IMG/VR virus record: IMGVR_UViG_3300012948_000002
Location: 1-47,488 of that record
Source: a virus
Direction: 5' to 3' (one strand)
DNA: 47,488 bases
Of the stretch, positions 8,116-17,305 are shown in pieces (within the stretch, counting starts at the first letter, position 1; every line of letters begins with the position of its first letter). Both the position numbers and the translations under genes were made by a program. The notes beneath the pieces are model-generated. The model was not told the DNA's origin. It saw only the letters and a list, made by a program, of their open reading frames with translations, and did not search any database.

Positions 8116-9137
8116 TACGTCACAACGAATGCTAGCTGGTTCGACTGCGGCCCGTTTTGACTTATCGAAATTTGATACGTCCCAATGGCCTGGTGGGGAA
8201 TAACCGTGTTGACCACGCCTGCAGTGGTCACGGAGGCAGTGCTCATCAATGCCCCACCGAGATAGATGTTCACCGCCTGGCCAGCCTCTATGGGCTGTCC
8301 AAAGATCTGAACTGGCCAGTTCCCAGCGGTGGCCGCCGTGATTGTGTTCGGCACAAGAGCCGTCAGAACGGGCGCTGGGAGTGCCCATGTCTGCCATGAT
8401 ATGAGATCCGTTGTGACAACGGCATGGGTGGTTGGATCAAGATATATCGCCGTTGCCCCCAACCAGTCACCCGTGACGAGCCCAATCGCGCCCGATTTGC
8501 CGGCCGATTGGATGACAACTGGAGCATTGAAGCCACGCCAATTGTCGCCGATTGTGGATCGCCCGTCCCGGCGCACGGTGTCCCAGTTGAGGTACGTCCC
8601 GCTCAAGCCCCCGCTTGCTGCGATGGTAGCCACCGCCGTGGCGGAGCCCCCACCCGCTAGATAGTCCGCCTCGCTACCATTCATGAGCTTGATCGTCCCG
8701 ACGGGCGCCTCGAGCATAAACAGGTAGTGGATGTCGGCTCCCTGGGCATTCATGATCCCGATGGCTGGCGGGAGCCACACTGGGGTCCCCGTGACGGTGT
8801 ACGAGCCTCGAATGAAGATCGAACTCGAGACTCGCTCCGACCCAAGGACACACCAACCATCTGGTACGCGAAATTGGCTTGGGAATGCGGGGTGGGTGAT
8901 CGAGGTGCCAATCGCGACACCGCCTGCCGGATTGGTCATCACCTGGGTCACGCCACCCCACATCACCTGGCTTGGTTGTGTTCCATTGATATAGATGAAT
9001 CCCTCAGCCCCAGTCTGAGATTGGAACACAACCACGCCACAGGTACCCGAGAGGCTCTTGGCCACGAGCGCTGAGATAACCTTGTCGCTTCCCACCATGT
9101 TGCAGTTACGTGGGAAGATGCTAGTGTTGGCGAGCAT
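8115..9137 (-). CDS. Virion surface protein with C-terminal Ig-like (IPT/TIG-like) domain
   Basis: 340 aa, beta-rich. The C-terminal ~85 aa (PVLTALVPNTITAATAGNWPVQIFGQ...GTYQISISQNG..SNQLAFVV) look like a bacterial Ig-like fold. It lies directly downstream of the capsid gene. Confidence 0.55.
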   Translation of the reverse strand: MLANTSIFPRNCNMVGSDKVISALVAKSLSGTCGVVVFQSQTGAEGFIYINGTQPSQVMWGGVTQVMTNPAGGVAIGTSITHPAFPSQFRVPDGWCVLGSERVSSSIFIRGSYTVTGTPVWLPPAIGIMNAQGADIHYLFMLEAPVGTIKLMNGSEADYLAGGGSATAVATIAASGGLSGTYLNWDTVRRDGRSTIGDNWRGFNAPVVIQSAGKSGAIGLVTGDWLGATAIYLDPTTHAVVTTDLISWQTWALPAPVLTALVPNTITAATAGNWPVQIFGQPIEAGQAVNIYLGGALMSTASVTTAGVVNTVIPHQAIGTYQISISQNGPQSNQLAFVVT

Positions 9138-9140
9138 GAC

Positions 9141-10049
9141 TCACGCTCCCTGCGAGCCGTAGATGCCCCTCCACTCGCCCGCACCAACGCTGAAGCGCTG
9201 GAAGCTCTTGAACTTCGCATCGCCCGTGTCGAAGTCGTCCCCGTTCTGGAATCGCTCCGGCTGCCGCTCGAAGAAGTTCAGGTCATGGTCGCCCTTGCCC
9301 GCCAGCAGGAACCAGCTGTCGGGGTCCACGATGTAGTGGCCGACCATGTAATCAAGGCCCTCCTCGCGGAGAGCATTGATCTCGTTGTTCGAGGTGTATG
9401 GGCGGAACTCGCTGCCCAGAATCTCCCGAGCAGTCATCTTGAGCTGAGGCCCGCACAGCAGGAGCTTTGGCTTGATGATGCAGGGGATATCCATCTCGTC
9501 GGACAACACCTCGAACGCGATTATCGCGGCCTCGAGACTGGTTGGCGAGAGGTCCGCGTCGGTGCTCGCCCTGTTGCTCCCAGTCCCGCCACCCATCTTG
9601 GTGTGCGTTGCGGCAATCAGGGACTCATTGTTCCCAAACTTTGGGAACCCAAACTCGGTGGTGAACGCATTGTTCAGCATGTTGAAGAACGCGACTTCTC
9701 TCGCGTTGCGTGCAGCCTTGGCGAGTTCTCTCGTATTCTTCTTCATGACGTTGTACAGATCGTCTTCCATCATCTCCAATGTGACGCGGAAGCCGAGTCC
9801 GTACGTGAGGTGGGTGTACCTCTTTTTGCCACCCTGCAGCAGGTCCTGGTACTGAATACCACGACCTTCGGGCTTCACCGGCATGGACCGGAGGCCCGCT
9901 ACCTCCAAATCCTCTTCCCATGCACGTTCGCTGGACTCCTCGTTTGCGATCTTGTCGTACTCCGGGGGGCGCTCCTCTAGAAGCTGGAAGAACACCTTCC
10001 GCAAGCCCGGCGCGATCAAGTATGAAAACGCACCAGTTACGTTTACCAT
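9141..10049 (-). CDS. Major capsid protein (HK97 fold, putative)
   Basis: 302 aa, downstream of the portal, scaffold and decoration-like genes. The composition and length are typical of HK97-fold coat proteins. Strong coding signal. Confidence 0.8.
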   Translation of the reverse strand: MVNVTGAFSYLIAPGLRKVFFQLLEERPPEYDKIANEESSERAWEEDLEVAGLRSMPVKPEGRGIQYQDLLQGGKKRYTHLTYGLGFRVTLEMMEDDLYNVMKKNTRELAKAARNAREVAFFNMLNNAFTTEFGFPKFGNNESLIAATHTKMGGGTGSNRASTDADLSPTSLEAAIIAFEVLSDEMDIPCIIKPKLLLCGPQLKMTAREILGSEFRPYTSNNEINALREEGLDYMVGHYIVDPDSWFLLAGKGDHDLNFFERQPERFQNGDDFDTGDAKFKSFQRFSVGAGEWRGIYGSQGA

Positions 10050-10050
10050 C

Positions 10051-10521
10051 TCAGGTTGTCCTTCCTAGCTGGGTAGAACTCTCGAGGAACTTCCCAACGG
10101 CGATGACCTGGTTGGTCACCGTCTCGGTGTAGGTGAAGAACACCAGGAAGTTCCCTGCCGCCGCCGCATTCAGCTGCCACAGCCCAGAGGTCTTCACGAT
10201 CTGGTAGGGCGAGCCCGCGTTTGCAGTCCCCCCTGTGACCTGGATGCCGAACAGGTTGTTATCGTCGGCGATCCAGACCTGCACTGGCTGGTTGGTCGAG
10301 GGGCCAAGGTACCGAGATGCGCCAGCGCCGTTCGCCGGCATGGCAGCGATCCCTAAGAGTTGGCCTGCCGAAGTCGTGAGTGGTGTCGCGCACTCTGTGA
10401 TCTGATTTGCCGTTAGTACAACGGGTGCGCCTCTCTCGAAGGTCTGCGACGCAGCCTCCGGATAGGTCTCTGTGAGCGGGCTATTCCCGTGCACAGTCTG
10501 CTGTTGTGTAAATTGCCTCAT
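10051..10521 (-). CDS. Putative head decoration / cement protein
   Basis: 156-aa beta-rich ORF immediately upstream of the capsid gene. Positional inference only. Confidence 0.45.
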   Translation of the reverse strand: MRQFTQQQTVHGNSPLTETYPEAASQTFERGAPVVLTANQITECATPLTTSAGQLLGIAAMPANGAGASRYLGPSTNQPVQVWIADDNNLFGIQVTGGTANAGSPYQIVKTSGLWQLNAAAAGNFLVFFTYTETVTNQVIAVGKFLESSTQLGRTT

Positions 10522-10964
10522 CGTTCCTCCAAGTCTATGTCGTCTCGGCTAACCGAGCCGGCATACCCCGGCACGTCCTTGTGCTCCTCAAACCCGGTGG
10601 CGACGGCGTTCTTGAACGTCGCCGACACACCGGTGGCCATCGCGTCGATCTTGGCCTTGTTCCGCCTCCGGTACTCCGCGTGGAGTTCCTTCGGGATCTT
10701 CGCAAGCACCAGGTCGCCAACCTCGACGGTGCCCGCCACGCTCTCACCCGCCTTCATGGGCGTGTTGTCGCTACAGACGCCCTCCTCCGGCCCGTTTTGC
10801 ACGATTTCGTACTTGAGGAAATCACGCTTGCGTGTCAAGTTGAGGCGCTCTTTGCGAAGCCACCGGTAGTGATAGTTGGGGTCCTTGTTCTTCACATGCA
10901 GGGGATCGTAGGCACCTGACCCCATCTGCTTGTCTTTCTCATCCTTGACAAATTCGATTCCCAT
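10518..10964 (-). CDS. Head-module protein of unknown function
   Basis: The start was refined to ATG 10964 (MGIEFVKDEKDK...), which overlaps the scaffold stop (TAATG). 148 aa. Confidence 0.5.
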   Translation of the reverse strand: MGIEFVKDEKDKQMGSGAYDPLHVKNKDPNYHYRWLRKERLNLTRKRDFLKYEIVQNGPEEGVCSDNTPMKAGESVAGTVEVGDLVLAKIPKELHAEYRRRNKAKIDAMATGVSATFKNAVATGFEEHKDVPGYAGSVSRDDIDLEER

Positions 10965-11674
10965 TACGCAGCCTTTCCGCCCTTCTTTGCCCGAGGTGGC
11001 CTCAGTCCACCCGGAGTGTTCCACTTGTCCCACTCCTCCTCCGACATGTCCTTGAAACCGATCTTCATGACCTCCCGCTCTTCGCGCGAGAGAACCTTCC
11101 GCCGGTCCTTGTCGGGTTCAGCGCGTGACGCGCCCTCAGGCTGTGAAGCTCGCTCCCGCTCTGCCTTACGTGCTTCCTCGACTTCCTCTTCGAGGTGCTG
11201 CGAGCGCACGTACTTGAGTGCCGCCAGATACGATCCGTTTTTTGCCTTCACGTCTAGCGGCATGTCCCTCATGAACTCCTCTACCTCGGAACCATACTTC
11301 TTGAACAGGTCGGGCTCCGCTGCATACGCCGCTTGTCGCTCCGTGTCCGCGGAACGCCCGAAATACTCCTGGACGATGGGGCCCACGCGCATCGTCACGA
11401 GGTCGTTCATTGCCTTCACAGGGTCCATGTCGAATTGTTCCCGAAGTGAATCGACAGCCTTCTTGGCGTCTTGCTTGGGAATCTCGCCCTGTGCCGCGGC
11501 CCTCTGGATCTGATCTAGGATCACCTGAACTTGGGCACGCGCCCCCGCAGCCTCCTCGAGGCTCCGCTGCGCAACGCCCTTGAATTCTTCGTTTTCCTTC
11601 TTAAGGCGTGCTATCTCGGCATCATAGTCAGGCTTCTCCTCCGTTGTAGCCGCCTTGTTTTCCGTATCCGGCAT
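10964..11674 (-). CDS. Scaffolding protein (putative)
   Basis: 236 aa, highly charged and helical (EIARLKKENEEFKGVAQRSLEEAAGARAQVQ...). It lies between the portal and capsid genes. Confidence 0.65.
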   Translation of the reverse strand: MPDTENKAATTEEKPDYDAEIARLKKENEEFKGVAQRSLEEAAGARAQVQVILDQIQRAAAQGEIPKQDAKKAVDSLREQFDMDPVKAMNDLVTMRVGPIVQEYFGRSADTERQAAYAAEPDLFKKYGSEVEEFMRDMPLDVKAKNGSYLAALKYVRSQHLEEEVEEARKAERERASQPEGASRAEPDKDRRKVLSREEREVMKIGFKDMSEEEWDKWNTPGGLRPPRAKKGGKAA

Positions 11675-11918
11675 TGTCTTCCCCTTCTCGCTGACGCGCC
11701 TCTTCGAGGCGATCTAGCAAGTCGTCACCCCATTGGATGAATGTGTTTAGTGCGTTAATCTCACCACGAATCTCAACGAACTCATCCCAACTGGCCACCC
11801 CCACCAGGCGCAAAAGGCAATCCTGGCGTGCTTGCAGCAGGTGGTCCCACAGAAGCTGCCACTCCGGGCTGTGCTGGACCTTGTGGAGGGCCTCCTGGAG
11901 CTCCTGGCGGTTGGCCAT
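11628..11918 (-). CDS. Hypothetical helical protein
   Basis: 96 aa (MANRQELQEALHKVQHSPEWQLLWDHLLQ...). It overlaps the Pro/Gly-rich portal tail by 137 nt and the scaffold start by 47 nt. Confidence 0.45.
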   Translation of the reverse strand: MANRQELQEALHKVQHSPEWQLLWDHLLQARQDCLLRLVGVASWDEFVEIRGEINALNTFIQWGDDLLDRLEEARQREGEDNAGYGKQGGYNGGEA

Positions 11919-13683
11919 TCTGTGCGTTCTCCGCTATGCTCTTGGGTAGTAGCGTATCTACTGCACGAATCTCGTACGTTTGGACAATCATGCCCATCAA
12001 GTAGCGCGCACCATCCGCCATCTGAAGCGCCATTTGCTGAATGGGTGGGGGCGTTGCTGGGTTCATGGCTACGCCACTGATTTGCAAGAGTTGCTGGTAA
12101 TACTGGGTGAGTTGACCCATCATTGCCATCAAGCCCTGCTTCTCGATCTCACGGTTGATTGTAGCCGTGGAAGCGGTGAGCTGAATACCGATGCCATCCG
12201 CGATAAAATCCTCTGGCAGGTTGAGAGCTTGCTCCACCAGGTGCCCATCGCTACCCTTAACGAAGTATGCCATCCCCGCCGGGCGAAACTGCGCGTTAAG
12301 CAGGAGAAGCTTCTTACCAACGTCTCCGAGGCATTCCCGAATATCGCGAACATTAAGATCGAACCGACGATTGCCTTCTTGGATGAGGGCCAGTGTGCCG
12401 GTCGCCGTTGAGCGATTTCCAATAACTGAGCTTTCACGGCCCAACTGATAGTCTGCAATCCCCGAACGACGCTCGCTATAAGCGAGGCACGACTGCTCGA
12501 GTTGCTGCATGCTGGGATAAATGTCTGCCATCGGAAGGGTGACGACATCGCGTCCCGGATCCGGCACAGTCAGAAAGCGACCAGGCCAAATGCGCGTGCC
12601 ATTGCGTACAACGCCGCGACGGCCAACAAAAAAACGGGTATTGGCCAAAGTTGCGTTATCCACCTGTTGGTTGTGTATTGTGCTAATTTCCTCTTGGATG
12701 AGCTGTAGTTGTCTCGAGATCCCGATTCCATCGCGCTTGCCCTCACGATCAAGGAACTTTCCCTTGAAGAAAGGACGCTGGCCCGTTATGTCAGGGTTGT
12801 AGACGCATCGTGCAATGGTTCGTGTGTCTTTGTGAAAGGTGATCATCACCGGGACGGGTAGCTTCGAACCTGCCAGTGGGAGGTCCGCGTAGATTTCGTA
12901 GAGGGTGTTCAGCTTCTCCTTGGGCCGAGCGGCTAGCTTGTCGAACTGGTTCTCCTCTAGGCGCCGCTGTTCGGGTGTGGGCTCTTCTTTGGACTTGATG
13001 ATCGTGTCCACGTCTTTGTACACCCGGTCGTGATCACGCCAGGCTAGCTGACCATCCGTCAGACGAATGCGATGTGCGATCCACTCACTTTGGAATAGCT
13101 CGTCCTCGATGCCAGCCTGACAGATGATGTCCTGGAGTAGGACGTGCTCGACTGCCGGCCTGCGCACGATTGAATCGACTGGGCGCGCAGCACTCTGCTT
13201 GATTCGAAATGTGCGCTGCGTGTAGCTGGTCCAATAGACTTTGAGATAGGCCCATCCGTGCTTCACGACTTCCATGATCCAGGAGCGCGTCTGCATGTAC
13301 ATATCAAGTTCGTTGACGCGACTCCAATCCATGAAGTCCTGCAGGGGATGTACGACGGGCTCGAGGTCTTTGATCAGCGCCTCGCTGGACCAGAAGGGCT
13401 CGACGGCAAATATGGTGTTCATGATCCGGGCCACAATGGAGTCGACTGTGATGCCAACCAGGGGCACGACCAGGTTGGCCGCACCGTCCCACGGAAACGT
13501 CTTCCGCTTCGTGAGGGGTTCCCCCATATAGAGGCGGTTCGACTCGTCGATCCATGTCAGCTTCTGCTCGTGCGCGCGTAGAGCCTCCTCAAGTTCCTCG
13601 TGTAGATATGACTGCAGGAACTTTCGGTCGGCCTCCGAAAGCGCAACAGGTGCGCCTGGGATCACTCCGGAGACAGTGGGCAT
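11782..13683 (-). CDS. Portal protein
   Basis: 633 aa, lying between TerL and the scaffold. It carries FPWDGAANLVVPL and a long helical core. The C-terminal ~45 aa are Pro/Gly-rich (PPGAPGGPPQGPAQPG...). Confidence 0.8.
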   Translation of the reverse strand: MPTVSGVIPGAPVALSEADRKFLQSYLHEELEEALRAHEQKLTWIDESNRLYMGEPLTKRKTFPWDGAANLVVPLVGITVDSIVARIMNTIFAVEPFWSSEALIKDLEPVVHPLQDFMDWSRVNELDMYMQTRSWIMEVVKHGWAYLKVYWTSYTQRTFRIKQSAARPVDSIVRRPAVEHVLLQDIICQAGIEDELFQSEWIAHRIRLTDGQLAWRDHDRVYKDVDTIIKSKEEPTPEQRRLEENQFDKLAARPKEKLNTLYEIYADLPLAGSKLPVPVMITFHKDTRTIARCVYNPDITGQRPFFKGKFLDREGKRDGIGISRQLQLIQEEISTIHNQQVDNATLANTRFFVGRRGVVRNGTRIWPGRFLTVPDPGRDVVTLPMADIYPSMQQLEQSCLAYSERRSGIADYQLGRESSVIGNRSTATGTLALIQEGNRRFDLNVRDIRECLGDVGKKLLLLNAQFRPAGMAYFVKGSDGHLVEQALNLPEDFIADGIGIQLTASTATINREIEKQGLMAMMGQLTQYYQQLLQISGVAMNPATPPPIQQMALQMADGARYLMGMIVQTYEIRAVDTLLPKSIAENAQNGQPPGAPGGPPQGPAQPGVAASVGPPAASTPGLPFAPGGGGQLG

Positions 13684-13841
13684 TAGACCTTCTTAGCGCA
13701 TCCCCACACCTTCGAGCTGCGCGATCGCCCTTGGTCCCCGCTGCTCTTCATCCCACCCGCTCCACCTTTGTTGATCTGTGTGGCGCGAGATACCCCCGAG
13801 GTATTGCCGCCACGCCGCTCGTTCTTTTGTGCTCGTCCCAT
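13683..13841 (-). CDS. Small basic protein (52 aa), not in the ORF track in this frame
   Basis: Manual translation gives MGRAQKNERRGGNTSGVSRATQINKGGAGGMKSSGDQGRSRSSKVWGCAKKV. The start overlaps the upstream stop (TGATG) and the stop overlaps the portal start (TAATG). Confidence 0.4.
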   Translation of the reverse strand: MGRAQKNERRGGNTSGVSRATQINKGGAGGMKSSGDQGRSRSSKVWGCAKKV

Positions 13842-14293
13842 CACTTGTACCCCATTCTTGACATGATTGCTTGGGCCACATCTGGTGTGAAGGTGTTTGG
13901 CATCGCTGCGGCTACTGCCCCTCCAGCTTGGCCATAGCCCTCCCCGCCCCCCGGCAGCGGGGCGATGGGCCGTAGCCGATGCTTCATCATGCGCTGTAGG
14001 AGAGTCGAATTCGTGATATCCTTCCCCGTCTTACCGAGGGAAGCCACCATTGACGAGATGGCTTGTATGTTCTTCGTTCGCTCGTCGGGCGAATCGCCTA
14101 GGCCCATCGCAAACTGGTTGATATAGTTGAAGTTGTCCAGCATTTGCTGAGCTTGAGCCGGATCCGTAACGCCAGTCTCGGGCGAGCCCCCAGGCATCAG
14201 CATCTCGCCACCAGATGGGAGTCCACCTGGCATACTCGATGGCGCGGTGCTTGCCGCCATGGGGTCGACCCCGCCACTTAACATTCCGCTCAT
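13841..14293 (-). CDS. Hypothetical Gly/Met/Pro-rich protein
   Basis: 150-aa ORF in the packaging/head operon, 4-nt coupled upstream. Confidence 0.55.
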   Translation of the reverse strand: MSGMLSGGVDPMAASTAPSSMPGGLPSGGEMLMPGGSPETGVTDPAQAQQMLDNFNYINQFAMGLGDSPDERTKNIQAISSMVASLGKTGKDITNSTLLQRMMKHRLRPIAPLPGGGEGYGQAGGAVAAAMPNTFTPDVAQAIMSRMGYK

Positions 14294-14562
14294 CGCTTAC
14301 CTCCATTCAGCATGAATGATTGAAACGGTGTTGCATGCATGTTTTGGAACACTTTGTACATCCCTGCCCGATCGTTTACTCCCGCGCTCGTTAGCATGTG
14401 CATCCGCTGGCTAGCAGTTAGGCCCTGGGCACGCTGCCTGTTTCGATAGGCTGCCAGCCCGGCGTTTGGATCCCAAGCAGGCGTGCCCAGGCCCATGTTC
14501 GGTGTGAGGTGGCCCGCGCTTTGCGCAAGCTGGAGGAACATCTGATATTCAGTGGGTGTCAT
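14290..14562 (-). CDS. Hypothetical protein
   Basis: 90-aa ORF with tight operon spacing. Confidence 0.55.
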   Translation of the reverse strand: MTPTEYQMFLQLAQSAGHLTPNMGLGTPAWDPNAGLAAYRNRQRAQGLTASQRMHMLTSAGVNDRAGMYKVFQNMHATPFQSFMLNGGKR

Positions 14563-14563
14563 A

Positions 14564-14947
14564 TTACCAGTAGAAGATCGGTAGGGAGGGGATTTGGACT
14601 GTAGACATGATCGCCAAGTACACAGAGTTGTCGGCCGCTGCCTTGATCAATGGGACAATGAACGGCGTGAACCCACTGCCCGCTGGGACTACGAAAACGA
14701 GCGTCTTGCCCGAAGCCGCGGTATCTTGGGTGATGGTTATGGTGTACGGTGCGCCCTGCTGGGGGAACTTGATGTACGCGATAGTCTCGCCCGAAGCAGG
14801 CCACAGGTACGTCGAGTACTGGTTTGGGACGGGCACATTCACGACGTTGTGCCGTCCAAACTGGGTCACATACACGTCGTTGAGAGACTCAGTCACGAAG
14901 TTGTTGAGTCCCTGCATTGCCACAGCAATTTGGACTGTGGATGGCAT
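14564..14947 (-). CDS. Hypothetical beta-rich protein
   Basis: The start was refined to ATG 14947 (MPSTVQIAVAMQGLNNF...), which overlaps the upstream stop (TAATG). 127 aa. Confidence 0.55.
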   Translation of the reverse strand: MPSTVQIAVAMQGLNNFVTESLNDVYVTQFGRHNVVNVPVPNQYSTYLWPASGETIAYIKFPQQGAPYTITITQDTAASGKTLVFVVPAGSGFTPFIVPLIKAAADNSVYLAIMSTVQIPSLPIFYW

Positions 14948-15495
14948 TATTGCTCCTCTCCCTCCTGCTGCGCAATCTCCCGCTCGTACCGCTCCTTGAA
15001 GTCTTGGGTATCTTGCGCGGGTTCCTCTTCTGGAGTCCACAGCGTCCGTACGGCGTCGAGAATGCGTTGGCTCGTATGGGGCGCCAAAGGAATGCTCGAA
15101 TATAAGCCACCATCTTGCTCTATGCGAAGGGCTCCGCTGTCCATTAGCTCTTGGATCCTGTCCCTGGTCACCGAGTCGGGATTCTTCATGAGATCGTGGT
15201 GAAGCTCAGCGATCTGTCGAGTGTGATAGTGCCGAATAGCCCTACGGCTGGCTTCCACGACGCCCATATTAGATAGATCATGCTGAAACATCGCCTTATC
15301 TAGTTGCGAAAGCTGTCCCTTCTCCTCCAACATCTTGGCGACGCTAGCCGCGATGTTCTGCTCATTGGCAGGCCCTTCAGTAGTAGCCTGTGTAGGACTC
15401 TCTTGTGTACCTTCCTCGGGCGGGGGCTCATTGTAGAGGTAGAAGGTCTTCGGATCGAGCTTCTTCCAAATGATATCGCCAGTTGTGCCAGCCAT
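14947..15495 (-). CDS. Hypothetical acidic protein downstream of TerL
   Basis: 182-aa ORF. The start overlaps the terL stop. Confidence 0.6.
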   Translation of the reverse strand: MAGTTGDIIWKKLDPKTFYLYNEPPPEEGTQESPTQATTEGPANEQNIAASVAKMLEEKGQLSQLDKAMFQHDLSNMGVVEASRRAIRHYHTRQIAELHHDLMKNPDSVTRDRIQELMDSGALRIEQDGGLYSSIPLAPHTSQRILDAVRTLWTPEEEPAQDTQDFKERYEREIAQQEGEEQ

Positions 15496-17024
15496 CAGTA
15501 ACCCGTGTACGCGGAGATTCCCTCGAACCGAATTGGCTTGTCGTCGGGTTCAGGTTCAGGTTGGGAGCTTGCCTCTGGTGTGATCCATATCTGGGGGCCA
15601 TAGCTGAGGGCATCTAGCGTGTCCACAGTCTCGCCCAGAGGGAAGCTCTCAAACTCCTCCACAAGCTGCTTGCAAGTGCTGCGCCGTAGCCAAAGCCGTC
15701 CACGCTCTGCGTAAGGCTGAAGTCCCCGAATGCGACTCTCCTTACCTTCCCGGCCACCTGGCCTCACCTCCCGAATGTTCAACCACCGCCTACGGCGCAA
15801 GCACTCCATCTCCATGAAGCCCTTCAGGGCTCGCTGATAGGCAACCCCCTCGACCGCAACCAGCATTGGGTCCCACCGCTCAGCCATCTCGAAGACCTTG
15901 GTTATCATCTCGAGTGGTTGGCATCGCTGGGCCCACGCCTCGAGTACAAAGATGCGCTCCAGCTCGTCCATACCCGCGCACACCACGGCGGAGCGCGCCG
16001 CGTAGCTCTTCTCGCTAATCGCGGGATCGATCAGGATCATAGGGATGACCCGGACTGGCTTCGGCTGCCCTGCTATGCGCAACACCTGGGATTGGGTGTC
16101 TTCGTCGGCTGACCAACCGTCGAGTTCATAGAAGCGAAGCCAGGCCGGGTCGAAGGTCATGTGCTCTGGGTCGAATGGCTCGTTCTGGTACTGGCAGCTG
16201 AACTTGAAGGGCCCAATCTTGTTACGGATGCGCTCAAGCTCGACGATGGGGAAGCGCTCGGGCCACAGCACGCGGCCCCGCTTGTCGATCGCTTTGCGGT
16301 GGAAATGGTCCACATCGGTCTCATGCTCGATGATCCACGCATAGAGATCCTTGAACGTCCACGTCGTGCCGTACACATCGATTGGGTCGGCGGGGCGCAC
16401 GAGAAGCGATTCGGTGTACAGATACCAGTCGATCGTCTTGCGCATCACATCCACCGATTCGCTAGCCTCCTTACCAACGAGATCGTCCAGTTTAATGTGA
16501 GTATAGTGACGCGAAACAACAGCTCCTCCCACCCCCATAGCTTCGACGGTAGACTCGGGATAGTCGTGCGTTCGAGGCACAAGCATTTCTGTCTCGCTCC
16601 ACTTGGTCTTCTGGGGATCGGGACAGACTTCGGGGAAGAGCCATCGAAACAACTGACTTCGCTCGAAGACGGCTTGGATCCTGCGGAGGAAATGCGCGGC
16701 ATTAGTCGCTGTCTCATTGCCAATTAGCATGCGGATGTTCGGGTCAACTGCGATATGACGTACTGTGTCAGCAATCGTCCAGATAGAGGTCTTGAGGTGA
16801 TCACGAGGCACAAGACCGAGTTTTCTTCGAGTTGGTCGCTCAATCCATCGGCACATATCTCCGTGTATACCAGGCACAAGGTCCTCGAAGCCAATGATTG
16901 CCTTGCCCATGACGTACGTGCTTCGCTGAGCTTGGTATCGCAGGCTTTGGCGCACTTCTTCGGAGTGGTCATCGCCTAGACCCTCGGCCGCCGCCATCCC
17001 GGCGTATTCGAAGTCACTGAGCAT
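15495..17024 (-). CDS. terL: Terminase large subunit
   Basis: 509 aa. The ATPase region reads LVPRDHLKTSIWT...IRMLIGNETATNAAHFL. The nuclease region reads ILIDPAISEKSYAARSAVVCAGMD...VAVEGVAYQRAL. It lies upstream of the portal gene. Confidence 0.85.
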   Translation of the reverse strand: MLSDFEYAGMAAAEGLGDDHSEEVRQSLRYQAQRSTYVMGKAIIGFEDLVPGIHGDMCRWIERPTRRKLGLVPRDHLKTSIWTIADTVRHIAVDPNIRMLIGNETATNAAHFLRRIQAVFERSQLFRWLFPEVCPDPQKTKWSETEMLVPRTHDYPESTVEAMGVGGAVVSRHYTHIKLDDLVGKEASESVDVMRKTIDWYLYTESLLVRPADPIDVYGTTWTFKDLYAWIIEHETDVDHFHRKAIDKRGRVLWPERFPIVELERIRNKIGPFKFSCQYQNEPFDPEHMTFDPAWLRFYELDGWSADEDTQSQVLRIAGQPKPVRVIPMILIDPAISEKSYAARSAVVCAGMDELERIFVLEAWAQRCQPLEMITKVFEMAERWDPMLVAVEGVAYQRALKGFMEMECLRRRRWLNIREVRPGGREGKESRIRGLQPYAERGRLWLRRSTCKQLVEEFESFPLGETVDTLDALSYGPQIWITPEASSQPEPEPDDKPIRFEGISAYTGY

Positions 17025-17048
17025 CTATGGGCTTCAGTTCATTGAACC
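17025..17048. repeat. Palindromic element (family member A), CTATGGGCTTCAGTTCATTGAAcc, abutting the terL start codon
   Basis: 20/22 identical to 40746-40767. It contains GCTTCA-gttcat-TGAA and fills the whole 24-nt gap between the acidic micro-ORF stop (17049) and the terL ATG (17024). There is no GGAG-type SD. Confidence 0.75.
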
Positions 17049-17183
17049 TTATGCTTGATCGTTCTCGTCGTCTTCGTCCTCTTCGATCTCGCTAAGCTCC
17101 TCCTCGGTGGGCTCCGGATCAGGCAGGGGCACCTCATCTTCCTGGGGTTTGGGCGTCTCCTCCTCGTCCTCAGGTTGCTTCAT
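17049..17183 (-). CDS. Extremely acidic 44-aa micro-protein
   Basis: Manual translation gives MKQPEDEEETPKPQEDEVPLPDPEPTEEELSEIEEDEDDENDQA. It is ATGA-coupled to the upstream ORF. Too short for the ORF track. Confidence 0.4.
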   Translation of the reverse strand: MKQPEDEEETPKPQEDEVPLPDPEPTEEELSEIEEDEDDENDQA

Positions 17184-17305
17184 TTCTTCCCCTTCAGTGC
17201 ACGCTTTTCCATGCGCTCGGCAGCCGCGTGCGACTTGCCACCTGCCAGCGCTTTGGCTTCCATCCCAACTGCTCGCTTGATCCTTGGTGGAACTTTCTTT
17301 GCCAT
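17180..17305 (-). CDS. Basic 41-aa micro-protein
   Basis: Manual translation gives MAKKVPPRIKRAVGMEAKALAGGKSHAAAERMEKRALKGKK. It is TAATG-coupled upstream and ATGA-coupled downstream. Confidence 0.4.
   Translation of the reverse strand: MAKKVPPRIKRAVGMEAKALAGGKSHAAAERMEKRALKGKK

Noticed and set aside
7927-8397. The full 156-aa ORF given in the track for the HicB-like gene
   Set aside because: The first 94 codons overlap the end of the 340-aa gene out of frame and translate to Arg/His/Gly-rich noise. ATG 8115 coincides with the upstream stop (TAATG) and yields the complete HicB-like domain.
9673-9686. Eighth TTCA-N6-TGAA copy inside the capsid gene
   Set aside because: It lacks the flanking GC of GCTTCA on one side and the extended arms. 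It encodes FFNMLNN in frame. About one chance occurrence of the 8-base core is expected in 47 kb.
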